Source: Phycisphaerae bacterium
Lineage (GTDB): Bacteria; Planctomycetota; Phycisphaerae; UBA1845
Direction: 5' to 3'
Assembly: GCA_963666835.2 (NCBI GenBank)
Contig: CAXXGO010000006.1
Coordinates: forward strand, 2,496,001 to 2,560,000
DNA length: 64,000 nucleotides
Shown piece by piece: positions 30,874-40,833 of the stretch. The translations under genes and the position numbers were made by a program. A model generated the notes under the pieces. It searched no databases. It saw only the letters and a program-made list of their open reading frames with translations, and had not been told where the DNA came from. Positions within the stretch are counted from its first letter, which is position 1; every line of letters starts with the position of its first letter.

Positions 30874-32259
30874 TCACGAATCCGAAAGTACGTGCAAGTT
30901 CGCCACAGTTATTCCGCTCAGCATCGCCCCGATGATACCGAGAAACCCCTGGTCCGTCCCGCAGATGAAGAGATTTTCGTACTGCGTCCGTCCGTCACGG
31001 ATCTTGCGAGGGGAGCCGTATACCGCACCGCTAATGTGTCCGGTAAACCGCTCAATGGTCCGCGGCGTGAACATGTCCCAGTCTACCACGTGTTCCCGGA
31101 AACGCGGGAGGTACGCCTCGGCGCGTTCGATTGCCTTGGCGAAGCAGGCCTGCTTCATCGCTACGTAGGTGTCGGCGTCGGCATCCATCCACGGGGCGAA
31201 GTCGGCCAGCCATGTGAGCCTGACGATACCCTCGGCCAGGTGCTTGTGCCGATCATAGTTATTCGGGCAGCACAACACGCCGCTGCGCAGGTCGACCGGT
31301 TCGCGGGGCCGGGCATAGTGGAACTTCTCGCTATCGTTGAAGAAGACAATCGCGGCCTCGTGCCCCAGGTCGGCCGGCGTGCGATCCAGAATGCAGATCG
31401 TCTCGACAAACGATACGGCGCCCGTGTCCGGCAGATCCGGCGTTACTCCGTTTTCTTGGCAGATCTGCATGGTTTCGTAGTGGCCGGCGGAGGAGATTAC
31501 GATATCTGCAGTTAGTTGCTCGCCGGAATCCAGAGTCAGTCCCGCCACCCGGTTATTGCGGATTTCGAGCCCCGCGACCCCGTCGCCGATGCGTAGCTCG
31601 CCTTTGCAGCTTCGGTATTTCTTCACCAGCGCTCGGATGATTGCCCTGACTCCGCCGCGGGGGCGGGCGAACCCCTCGAAGAAGAGGCTCTTGAACATGG
31701 TCACGAACTGCGTGAAGTCCATGTCGTGCTCCTCCGCGTTGCCGTAGTACATGACAGGGCAGAGGAGCATCTCGATAAGCTGTGGATCATGGAGGGACTC
31801 GCGCATCGCCGAACGGGCTGAGTGGTGCGGCTGATCGAGCCGAGTATCTTCGAACTCGGCTACGTCCGCCAGAAACCGGCGGAAACGGTCAATCTCCTGC
31901 GGGAACTCCTCTGCAACCTGCGCGGTGAGAACGGCGATGTCGTTTGTGAACCGCAATCGCCGTCCGGGGAACGATACCTCGGAGTAACGCTGCTCCGCCA
32001 GGTCCAGCTCGTTGCGCGACAGACGCAGTTGTCGCAGCAGCTTTGCGAGCGGAGTCTGCCGTTTCCCCGCGGGTACAAAGTTGGTCAAGGCGTGAAGCCC
32101 GACATCGAACTCACGCCCGCCGCGCTTGTAGTAGGAGTTCAGGCCGCCGACGGCGTGATGTCGCTCGACCACGCAGACCCGGTAGTCGTAGTAGGCCAGC
32201 CGGATGCCCGCAGCGAGCCCTGACATGCCCGCGCCGATAATGACCACGTCATAGTGCAT
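30874..32259 (-). CDS. Phytoene-desaturase-like FAD oxidoreductase (copy 1)
   Basis: IIGAGMSGLAA, VERH..VGG, FDVGLH, FTPRTIERF, GIIGAMLSG. Confidence 0.88.
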   Translation of the reverse strand: MHYDVVIIGAGMSGLAAGIRLAYYDYRVCVVERHHAVGGLNSYYKRGGREFDVGLHALTNFVPAGKRQTPLAKLLRQLRLSRNELDLAEQRYSEVSFPGRRLRFTNDIAVLTAQVAEEFPQEIDRFRRFLADVAEFEDTRLDQPHHSARSAMRESLHDPQLIEMLLCPVMYYGNAEEHDMDFTQFVTMFKSLFFEGFARPRGGVRAIIRALVKKYRSCKGELRIGDGVAGLEIRNNRVAGLTLDSGEQLTADIVISSAGHYETMQICQENGVTPDLPDTGAVSFVETICILDRTPADLGHEAAIVFFNDSEKFHYARPREPVDLRSGVLCCPNNYDRHKHLAEGIVRLTWLADFAPWMDADADTYVAMKQACFAKAIERAEAYLPRFREHVVDWDMFTPRTIERFTGHISGAVYGSPRKIRDGRTQYENLFICGTDQGFLGIIGAMLSGITVANLHVLSDS

Positions 32260-32338
32260 GCGTTTATGCAGGTCTGTCCCGCGGAGCTGCCCGATAGTCG
32301 GGCGGCAGGACAAGGCACCAGACCCCGGCGATCATTGG

Positions 32339-32620
32339 TCAGAGTGCGGCGACCGCCTGCAGTTTCGGAGTGAGGTACTCAACGCACCCGTCAAGCGTCG
32401 CGAGCTGCGTGTAGTCTTCCTTAGGAACCTCGACTTTGTAGCGCTTACGTAGCTCCATGACAATATCGAGAAAATCCATGGAATCCATGTCGAGCTGATC
32501 GCGCAAACGCACATCGCTCTTGACGCTGGAAAGATCGGCATCGGGCGCAACCAGCTCGATGATGTCCAGAACGATCTTCTTGACCTGCTCTACGGTACTG
32601 TTCTTGAAACTTGCGTTCAT
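32339..32620 (-). CDS. Acyl carrier protein
   Basis: LDMDSMDFLDIVMEL phosphopantetheine site; about 93 aa. Confidence 0.92.
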   Translation of the reverse strand: MNASFKNSTVEQVKKIVLDIIELVAPDADLSSVKSDVRLRDQLDMDSMDFLDIVMELRKRYKVEVPKEDYTQLATLDGCVEYLTPKLQAVAAL

Positions 32621-32647
32621 CTGTCTCACACGTAACAACGGCCAACG

Positions 32648-33886
32648 CTACACGGGGTATCGCCTGACTACCACGGCCGAGTTGGTCCCCAACATCCCGA
32701 ACGAGTTGTTCAAGATGTGATCCACCCGGCCAACCTGTTTGGACTCATTCAGCACCAAATTCCGCATCGCACACTTGGGGTCGAGATTCGTGACGTTGAT
32801 CGTCGGATGCACTACGCCGTCCTCGAACGAACCCAAGTTCCCCGCCAACTCCAGGGCACCGGCCGCGCCCATTGCGTGGCCGATGTAGCTTTTCGTGTTA
32901 TTAATCGCAACCCCCGGGAAGTCCCCAAAAACCTCGCGGGTTGCTCGTACCTCTAACTCGTCACCGGTCTCGGTCGCCGTTGCGTGCGTGCTCACGATAC
33001 CGACGTCTTGCGGCTCGATCCCCGCCCGGGCAACGGCCAACTTCATACATTCGGCAATGCGCTCCGGGTCCGGCTGCACCGGATCGCGCGCATCCGAATT
33101 CATCGCATAGCCGATAATCTCGGCTATGATGGTCGCTCCGCGCCGCTTGGCATCCTTCAGCCTCTCAAGTACGTACAGGCACCCCCCTTCGGAGACCACG
33201 ATTCCGTTCCGGTTCTTGTCGAACGGGCGGGACGCTTTAATCGGGTCCTCATGCCGCGCGAGAGCGTTCTGGCTCGCGAAGCTGGCGAAGATCCCGAACG
33301 AGCCGATTGCCTCGGATACTCCGCCGGCCACGGCAAGGTCGACCTCGCCAAGCCGCAGCATCTGCACGCCCTGAATCAGCCCCGCGTTGCCCGCTGCACA
33401 AGCCGCGCCGATTGTATAGTGCGGGCCGCAAAAGCCCAAGTTCATCGTCACCTCCCCGGCGGGGTTGTTGGCCACCGTTCGGGGATTGTGGTGATGCGAC
33501 CAGTATTTGGTGTCATAGTCGTACTGGCGGATGACGTCAATCTCGTTCTCGGTTTCCACCGTGCCGTGCTCGGTGATGCCGATGAACGTGCCCACACGGG
33601 AGAGATCCACGCCGGCGACGTCTATTTTCGCTCGGTTCAAGGCCTCGTGGGCGCAGTAGATGGAAATCGCCCCGGCTCGGGTTCCGCGCCGCCGCTCCCG
33701 GCGCGGTTGGTACTTCGTCTCGTCGAAATGGCACACTCCGGCGTGCACCTGCCCCATAAAGCGGGTCTCGATGTTGGTTATGCCGGATACCCCGTTCAGC
33801 AGGTTCCGCCGAAACGCCTCAAGCGTGTCGCCGTTGGGGGACGTTAGCCCCACGCCAGTAATGACGATTCGCTCTGAGTTCGACAT
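32648..33886 (-). CDS. Beta-ketoacyl-ACP synthase (FabF/FabB type)
   Basis: Intact Cys-His-His: GAACAAG, STHATAT, KSYIGHAMGAAG; NNSFGMLG. Confidence 0.93.
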   Translation of the reverse strand: MSNSERIVITGVGLTSPNGDTLEAFRRNLLNGVSGITNIETRFMGQVHAGVCHFDETKYQPRRERRRGTRAGAISIYCAHEALNRAKIDVAGVDLSRVGTFIGITEHGTVETENEIDVIRQYDYDTKYWSHHHNPRTVANNPAGEVTMNLGFCGPHYTIGAACAAGNAGLIQGVQMLRLGEVDLAVAGGVSEAIGSFGIFASFASQNALARHEDPIKASRPFDKNRNGIVVSEGGCLYVLERLKDAKRRGATIIAEIIGYAMNSDARDPVQPDPERIAECMKLAVARAGIEPQDVGIVSTHATATETGDELEVRATREVFGDFPGVAINNTKSYIGHAMGAAGALELAGNLGSFEDGVVHPTINVTNLDPKCAMRNLVLNESKQVGRVDHILNNSFGMLGTNSAVVVRRYPV

Positions 33887-34042
33887 TTACACCGTGCCTA
33901 GGGAAAACTCCACGCTCCGACGCGACTGCGCACCGTACCATGCTGTAAGGCGGTGGATGTTAGCAGATTCACTAGAAACATGAAACGGAGCAACTTCTCG
34001 GGGGGTTGGTCTTTCCAGTACGATTCTCCCGGGATCCGCCAG

Positions 34043-35032
34043 TCAATCACGTCTCAGCGAACGAATCAGCTTCGCCAAGCCCTCTGATGTCGAAACCCGT
34101 GGCTCATAACCGAAATCAGCCCTGGCCGCGGAAATATTAAAGTAGTGCGAATAGGCAAGCTGGGAGGCAAGGAATCGCGTCATGCGAGGTTCCCTTGATG
34201 GGCAAAATGCCCGGTGGATCAACTCAAACGCTGCTCCTAGGCGCCGGGCTGCGTTGTACGAAATCGTTCGTTCGACCGGCGGAATGCCCAGCTCCGCGAG
34301 GATGCCGTTTAGCCAGGGCCAGAGCTTCACCGGTTCGCCCTGGCTTATGAAGTAAGCCCGGCCCGCGCAAGCTGCTTTGGGGGTCAGAGCGTCCGCCGCC
34401 CGGAGGTGGGCCTCTGCGGCATTATCGATGAAGGTTATGTCGACCAGGTTCTCGCCGTCTCCGACGATTCTAAGTTGGCCCCGGCGGGCGCGATCGATCA
34501 CCCGCGGGATCAAATGAGGGTCGCCGGGACCCCAGATCAGGTGCGGACGAAGGGCGATTGTGCTCAGCGCGGCACTGTTGGCGGCCAGGACCATCCGCTC
34601 GGCCGCAGCTTTCGTTTCCGGATAGTCGGCCAGGTACTGTTGCGGGTAAGGCTGCGACTCGTCCACGCCGCAGAGGGGGCTTTCTCCGAACACGACACTG
34701 GGAGTACTCGTGTGGACTAGCCGGGATACTCCGGCGTTCTTGCACGCATCAATGACGTTTCGCGTGCCGACGACGTTGATGTCTTGGAATATCTTGCGCC
34801 GGCCCCAGATTCCGGGTATGGCGGCCACATGGAAGACCGTTTCCATTCCTTCGCAGGCCTGACGGATTGCCGTGGACTCCCGAATATCGGTTTGGATTGT
34901 CCGTATCCCGGCCTGCTCGTGATGGGGGTACGCCCGTCTCCCCAGCACGGTGACCTCGTCGCCCCGTTCTTTGAGCAGTTGGGCGATACGGCTGCCGAGA
35001 AAACCACCTCCGCCGGTGATCAGGGCCTTCAT
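34043..35032 (-). CDS. OleD-like 3-beta-HSD-family NAD(P)-dependent 2-alkyl-3-oxoacid reductase
   Basis: TGGGGFLG, HTSTPSVV, YPETK, LRPHLIWGPGDPHL, YFISQGEP; ATGA-coupled to the oleC-like gene. Confidence 0.8.
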   Translation of the reverse strand: MKALITGGGGFLGSRIAQLLKERGDEVTVLGRRAYPHHEQAGIRTIQTDIRESTAIRQACEGMETVFHVAAIPGIWGRRKIFQDINVVGTRNVIDACKNAGVSRLVHTSTPSVVFGESPLCGVDESQPYPQQYLADYPETKAAAERMVLAANSAALSTIALRPHLIWGPGDPHLIPRVIDRARRGQLRIVGDGENLVDITFIDNAAEAHLRAADALTPKAACAGRAYFISQGEPVKLWPWLNGILAELGIPPVERTISYNAARRLGAAFELIHRAFCPSREPRMTRFLASQLAYSHYFNISAARADFGYEPRVSTSEGLAKLIRSLRRD

Positions 35033-36720
35033 GGGGCTTGCCTCTCTGCCCAATCCGCAAGTTGCTCGCGGTTGATCTTCGTGTTGTGACGGATGTCCAC
35101 GGGAAGCGAGCGGTGCAAGAGCACTCGGGTGATACTACGCGTCAACTCGTTTCCGCGGGCCAGCTCCAGGAGTTCCTCTTGCAGCTTCCGTCCTCGGCCT
35201 CCCTTGAGATCAGTGGGCGATTTGGGTTCCACCACGATGACCGGGCTCTGTGCTCCGGGCGGTCCGACCCCTACCAGGGCTGATCGGGAAACCTGACGAT
35301 GTTCGTTGAAGATTGCCTCACACGGTACCGTGAACATCGGGCCGTGTGACGTTTGTACTCGATGCCCCTTCCGGCCGCAGAACCAGATTCGCCCCTGTTT
35401 GTCGCGATAACCTAAGTCCCCGATCCGGTGCCAGATTCGTTCGCCGTCGCGGATCTTGGCCAGGGCGGTGGCATTCGGAAGCCCAAAGTACTCTTTGGTT
35501 ACCACGGGGCCTGACACTACGATCTCGCCGATCTCGCCGTCGGGAACAAGTAGGTTACTAGACCATTCGGCGATCGGCTGGTCGGTTACGGTGATCACTC
35601 GCAGGTCGATCTCCGGCATCGTGGTTCCCACACAGGTTCCGGCTCCCGTCCGGGTCTTATCGGTGCAGCCTCCCAGGACCTCTCGACCGCTGATCGACGA
35701 CACTGGGAGGGATTCGGTTGCTCCGTAGGGGGTGTGAACGTCTGCCTCGTCGCGGAGCATGTCGTGAAGCTGCCTGATGACGGGGTACGGCACGGGGGCT
35801 CCGGCAATCAGAATCCGGCGCAGGCTCGGTAGTCTTACGTTGTGATCCGTCCCATAGGCTGCCACCCTCCTCCAAAGTGCAGGGGATCCGAACGTGTTCG
35901 TCACCCGGTGGTCCAGGATCGGCCCGATGATCTTGGCAGGATCAACCTTAGCCGGATGGGCGGGGTCCATGTCCGGGATCACGGTCGTCATGCCCATTGC
36001 GATGCTAAAGAGCCCGAAAAGCGGGAAGGTCGGCAGGTCGGTCTCTCCCGGCTCAATGCCGTAACGCTGCTGAATCTGCCGGACCTGTGCTCCGAACATG
36101 CCGTGCTCGTATACCACACCCTTCGCCGGGCCGGTGCTTCCTGAGGTGAACAGGATCGCGGCCGTCTCATCAGCCGCCGTATCGACCGTGGCGAAATCCG
36201 GGGCGGCGGTCCGAGCGAGTCCTGTCAGAGTCGGACCACCCCAAAACCAGCGACGCCCGACCGTGATTACGCAGCGGACCGATCGAAAGGGACCGGGTCG
36301 AAGCACCCGCATGGCGTGGGCCAAGGGTATCCCGATGAAGCCGTGAAGATCCACCCCGCGGATACACTCCATCATCCGCCCGATGCCCATGCCCGGGTCA
36401 ATCAGCACCGGGACGGCACCCATCTTGAACAGCGCGAAGATCAGCCCCATGAAGTCGATCCCCGGCCGGACCATAACCAGAACCCGCATTCCGCGAGCCA
36501 GCCCGGCCGCGATCATTCCGTTGGCGAACCGGTTCGAGAGAGCCTCGAGTTCGGCGAACGTGATCGACCGGTAGACCGCGCGGCCGTTACCTTCGTACGA
36601 CGACGTCACGACTACGGCGGGGTGATCCGGGACCTTCCGCGCCATTTGAGGAAGGTGCGACGCGATGTTAAACCGCTCCGGCGAATCGTGGGTGCTCGAA
36701 TGATCGGGTGCCGTGGTCAA
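35029..36720 (-). CDS. OleC-like AMP-dependent ligase / beta-lactone synthetase
   Basis: FNIA, PVLIDPGMG, ILFTSGSTGPAKGV, DLPTFPLF, PYGATE, WHRIGD, WFCGRK, PVDIRHNTKI. Confidence 0.85.
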   Translation of the reverse strand: MTTAPDHSSTHDSPERFNIASHLPQMARKVPDHPAVVVTSSYEGNGRAVYRSITFAELEALSNRFANGMIAAGLARGMRVLVMVRPGIDFMGLIFALFKMGAVPVLIDPGMGIGRMMECIRGVDLHGFIGIPLAHAMRVLRPGPFRSVRCVITVGRRWFWGGPTLTGLARTAAPDFATVDTAADETAAILFTSGSTGPAKGVVYEHGMFGAQVRQIQQRYGIEPGETDLPTFPLFGLFSIAMGMTTVIPDMDPAHPAKVDPAKIIGPILDHRVTNTFGSPALWRRVAAYGTDHNVRLPSLRRILIAGAPVPYPVIRQLHDMLRDEADVHTPYGATESLPVSSISGREVLGGCTDKTRTGAGTCVGTTMPEIDLRVITVTDQPIAEWSSNLLVPDGEIGEIVVSGPVVTKEYFGLPNATALAKIRDGERIWHRIGDLGYRDKQGRIWFCGRKGHRVQTSHGPMFTVPCEAIFNEHRQVSRSALVGVGPPGAQSPVIVVEPKSPTDLKGGRGRKLQEELLELARGNELTRSITRVLLHRSLPVDIRHNTKINREQLADWAERQAP

Positions 36721-36962
36721 TGCGAATCCTCAACGGATGCTCTTCACAGGCGCGTCGTTGGCCGGTACGTTCACTATACTGACCCGCCAGGAGGGTGTCG
36801 ACGTTTCGTGGGATGGTCCCCGGTGTCCGACGTAACCCTGTGAGAACATGGGCGATGCGGGATCGGGTGTTGCCACTGCTTCTGAGCAGTGCAGGGACGG
36901 GGCAGGGTGTGGATTGGCCCCGGGCCTTTACGTGTGGCGATGTACGAGTGCTTGCGCTTATC

Positions 36963-38423
36963 ATGGCTAGATGTTCTTCTCGTTTGCGAATCGTCTTCTT
37001 CGGTTCTGGAATCCTGTGTTTGGCGGTTGTACGCCCGGCGCTGGGGCAGCAGAGTCTTGCGGCGCAACTTAGGGCCACGCTGGCCTCGCCGCCGCACGGG
37101 CAGACCGTTGCTGGGGTGTGTGTGGTTGATCTGGACACCGGCGGCAGCGTCTTCGAGCGAAACGCGGACCGGCCGATGGTCCCGGCCAGCAACATGAAGG
37201 TGTTCGTGATGGTCGCCGCTCTGACGGAGCTGGGTCCCGGTTTTGCTTTCGATACCGTCTTCGCGACCGATCGCACCCACATCTACTTGATCGGTGACGG
37301 CGATCCTTCTCTGGGGGACGAGAAGCTCTGCCAAGGTCGAGGAGAGCCTCCGACAGCCTTATTCGAGCGTTGGGCGGATGCGCTTCGTGCCGAGGGCATG
37401 CCGGAGGTGCCCGGTGATCTCGTTTTCGATGAATCCGTGTTCGATGACCAGTACGTCAACGCGACGTGGGAGGAAGTCGATCTCGACAACTGGTTTGCCG
37501 CACCGGTAGGGGGGCTCAACTTCAACGACAATTGCGTGGACATAACGGTGACTCCGCCGAGCCGTTTGGGGGCTCTGGTGTCGGTTGCGATTCGGCCGGA
37601 GTGCTCGATAGTCAAAGTCGTCAATGAGTGTCGGGCAGGAAGATCGGGTACGCCGGTTCTGCGCCACCGGCACGATTCCTTCGAATACCGCATAAGCGAG
37701 CGTTGTCCGAAGCGTTGGACGTTCGGGCCCGTCTCGTTCCCGGATCCGGGTTTGCTCACGGCCGACGCCTTCCGCACGACGCTGCGCAGGAAAGGGATCG
37801 CCTGTCACGGTACGCTGAAACGTCAGCGCGTTCGTCGAGCCGACGGCAGTATTCCCGCCACGTTGACGGTGCTCGATCACCATCGCACGCCCATTGCAGA
37901 AGTGTTGCGTCGAACGGGGAAGGACAGCCAAAACGTCTTTGCGGAGGCTCTGCTCAAACGGACCGGGTACGCCTGGGCTCAGCGACGCGGACTCCCGGTG
38001 CCGCAAGGAAGTTGGGCGATGGGGAGCCGGGCGATCCTCGACGTGATGGAAGTTGCCGGGGTGAACGTGGAGGGCCTGGCGATTGCCGACGGGTCGGGGC
38101 TCAGCCGGGCGAATCGTTGCACCGCGCGGCAGTTGACCAGCACGTTGTCGTGGATGGCTACGCAACCCGGAGCGCGGCTGTTTCTTGAGAGCCTCTCTAT
38201 TGCCGGGGTTGACGGCTCCTTGCGAAAGCGGCTGAAAGACGTTCCGGACCGGGTCTTCGGCAAGACGGGTACGATGCGCGGAATCCGCACGTTAAGCGGG
38301 TACGTCGAATCCACCAGCGGTCGCCGGTTCGCCTTCGCCGTGCTGTTCAATGGCTACCCCGGTCCGAGCACCCCATACCGCGAGATCCAAGACCGCATCT
38401 GCCGTATCCTGATCGGCGCGTGA
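36963..38423 (+). CDS. dacB: D-Ala-D-Ala carboxypeptidase/endopeptidase (PBP4, peptidase S13)
   Basis: PASNMK (SxxK), SQN (SxN), DGSGLSR, KTG; signal peptide after ATG 36963. Confidence 0.92.
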   Translation: MARCSSRLRIVFFGSGILCLAVVRPALGQQSLAAQLRATLASPPHGQTVAGVCVVDLDTGGSVFERNADRPMVPASNMKVFVMVAALTELGPGFAFDTVFATDRTHIYLIGDGDPSLGDEKLCQGRGEPPTALFERWADALRAEGMPEVPGDLVFDESVFDDQYVNATWEEVDLDNWFAAPVGGLNFNDNCVDITVTPPSRLGALVSVAIRPECSIVKVVNECRAGRSGTPVLRHRHDSFEYRISERCPKRWTFGPVSFPDPGLLTADAFRTTLRRKGIACHGTLKRQRVRRADGSIPATLTVLDHHRTPIAEVLRRTGKDSQNVFAEALLKRTGYAWAQRRGLPVPQGSWAMGSRAILDVMEVAGVNVEGLAIADGSGLSRANRCTARQLTSTLSWMATQPGARLFLESLSIAGVDGSLRKRLKDVPDRVFGKTGTMRGIRTLSGYVESTSGRRFAFAVLFNGYPGPSTPYREIQDRICRILIGA

Positions 38424-38500
38424 GGGACGCGGCGTGTACCGGTAGACCGGCTTTCTCCTGCATGTGACATAGAGGCGTCACACGCGGGATAGCCGAGCCG

Positions 38501-39073
38501 TTACTTCTTTCGAGTATACGTTGCGGTCATCTCGAGTTTCTTGATAGTGTGCAGCCGGTTGCGCCATTCCGTCATGGTCCACTCGAGCGTATCGTTGTCC
38601 TTGACCTTCATGACGTACCGACCGTAGCTGGTGGTGCCGTCGAGGCCGACGCTCTTATATGGCATGGTCCAAGTCTTGGAGTCAGCGCAGTACTTGGCGG
38701 AACCCTCCTGAGGGAAGCCCCAGTTGTTGAACATCCACCAGATGTACTTCTCTTTCTTGGGATGCCAGCTCCAGACCCCGGCGGCCTCGAACTCGGCGTG
38801 GGCGCACTTCGCCGACATTGTCCCGTGCAGGCAGCGGTTGTCCAAAGTCCAATTCCACTTGGCCGTGCCGGTCCAGGATTTGTCCTCCGCGGCGGCGTTA
38901 ACAACCTCGGCCTTCCAATCCCATTCCCCAACGAACACGTCGTAAGCGCTGAGCTCCGCGGCCCGGTCGGGACGCTCGATGGTCGAGAAGTCTACGTTCC
39001 TGGCGGTACATCCCGGCAACGCCAGCGCGGCGAGAAGCACAATCGTAACAGCAGCCAGTTTGGTCGTTTTCAT
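38501..39073 (-). CDS. DUF1579-like lipoprotein
   Basis: Lipobox LPGC; FVGEW...W..DNR; ends TYTRKK; GGAGG SD before 39073. Confidence 0.75.
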   Translation of the reverse strand: MKTTKLAAVTIVLLAALALPGCTARNVDFSTIERPDRAAELSAYDVFVGEWDWKAEVVNAAAEDKSWTGTAKWNWTLDNRCLHGTMSAKCAHAEFEAAGVWSWHPKKEKYIWWMFNNWGFPQEGSAKYCADSKTWTMPYKSVGLDGTTSYGRYVMKVKDNDTLEWTMTEWRNRLHTIKKLEMTATYTRKK

Positions 39074-39358
39074 CGAACTACCTCCGATCGATGTAGACAC
39101 TGTCCAATTCCGATTCCGTTGGCTCCATAGCATACGCGGCGCTGTGCGGCCGTGCCAGTGTCCGGAATCGAATACGGTACGCGGGACGTCTTCGCTTTCG
39201 ACGGACCTTACGCTCGGGCGCGGCTTGCCTGCGTACGGCTAAGAGGTTGCCGCGTGAATATGGGCGGGTCACTTGCGGGGGGATGGGAGATATGGCGGCT
39301 CTGCTCGCGCGTAGATACAATCGTCTGGAAGATCACCAGATACTCGAGGGCCGGAATA

Positions 39359-40333
39359 ATGGCAGAAGTGCACGAGGATGCGGTGGCGCTAACCGCGTGT
39401 GGGTGGGTCACTCCGTTTGCGGTGGGGGGCATTACTGAGGTGCTGTCTGCCGGACCCAGCGCTGAACTGCAGAAGGACGAGAACGGGACATACTCGGCTG
39501 TCAGTGGTTTGGATGACACCGTTTCGGGTCTTTCGACGGAGGTGAAGCGGGACCACGGGGCGCTAATGGCTGCGGTCGCGCTGGAGTTAGCCCGCCGTGG
39601 CGCCAAACTGACCGCCGAAGACTACTCGGCAGAGCGAACCGGCCTGGTGTTGGGTGTCGCGCTGGCGGGGCAGATGGGCATGATTAAGTTCGCCGAAGAG
39701 GTGCGTCAGCAGACGGCTCGCTTCGTGACGCCGATCCACTTCCCGCAGACTGTCGGCAACTACATCTCCGGAGCTCTGGCACGCGCCTACGGGATTCGCG
39801 GTCCCAACTCGACGATTGCCGGGGGTGTTGCTTCGGGGCTGGATGCCATCAAAGAGGCGGCGAGGTTGCTGGCCGATGGCGAAGCCGACGTCGTGTTGGC
39901 CGGTGGAGTCGAGCAGCTTTCGGAGGAGTTGGCTGCCGGGCTGGCCCAGCCTGGTACGCGGCTGAGCGAAGGGGTCTGCCTCTTCGTTTTGGAGCGTACT
40001 CGCCATGTGCAAAACAGGGGCGGAACGATTTTGGCTACATTGGCCGGGGATGAAGACGCGGACAAGGCTGTCATCCATGCGACTGCGGGGTTCGTTGAAG
40101 ATGGGGCGATAGCGATCGGGCAGTGGGTCGGTGACTGCCTGGGAGCCCTCAGTGCCGCTGCGGTGGCGGCGTCGATTGGCGCCGCGGAAGGGGCTCGAGT
40201 CCCGTTTGCGAAGTCAGCGGGGGCATTCGAAGTCAAGGCGGTAACCGGTGACGACGGCGCCGTTGCGACTCCGGGTGTCGTCTCGGCGAACGGCCTCGGC
40301 GATTCGCGCTCAAGTCTCTTTCTCGTAATCTGA
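39359..40333 (+). CDS. Catalytically inactive ketosynthase-like protein (chain-length-factor-like)
   Basis: ERTGLVLG, PIHFPQTVGN, GIRGPNSTIAGGVASGLDA (no Cys), VLAGGVE, EG..LFVLE; VGDCLGA in place of GHxxGA. Confidence 0.8.
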   Translation: MAEVHEDAVALTACGWVTPFAVGGITEVLSAGPSAELQKDENGTYSAVSGLDDTVSGLSTEVKRDHGALMAAVALELARRGAKLTAEDYSAERTGLVLGVALAGQMGMIKFAEEVRQQTARFVTPIHFPQTVGNYISGALARAYGIRGPNSTIAGGVASGLDAIKEAARLLADGEADVVLAGGVEQLSEELAAGLAQPGTRLSEGVCLFVLERTRHVQNRGGTILATLAGDEDADKAVIHATAGFVEDGAIAIGQWVGDCLGALSAAAVAASIGAAEGARVPFAKSAGAFEVKAVTGDDGAVATPGVVSANGLGDSRSSLFLVI

Positions 40334-40833
40334 GCAGGCGATCTGGTTGGTCCAGACCTTATCTGCCGGTTTTGGGCGGGCGGCGCCACGAAGGCGACAC
40401 TCGCCGATACGAAGGCTGCACGAAAGCCGCCTAGACTGATGCCGGCCGGAGTAATGCGGACTTTTTTCTTGGAATCCGGCCGGAATCATGTATACTTCTT
40501 AGTCCAATAAGCAGTGCGGGGCCGTTTTGCAGATCATGATGGCTTCGGACGGGCAATTCGTGCGGAGCGGCAGGACGGCGGGTCCGTCGGTCGCGCGGTG
40601 CAGTTGTTGCAGATGGTGCGATTCTACCAACTCACGAAGGGGTCTTGCTTGGAATCGGTTCGTTTAGCGGGCCGGCCGGGTGGTGCCGGCCAGCCGTAGG
40701 TTGTAGCGAACATATAGGTCAATCGCGGGCGTCGGCGTCTTACGGAGGGGGGAGACGCCGGCAACCGGCGACCAGCGTGGGAATCGGGCAAGCCACGCCA
40801 ACTCAAAAGACCGGTCAGGTCAAGGAGAGAGTC

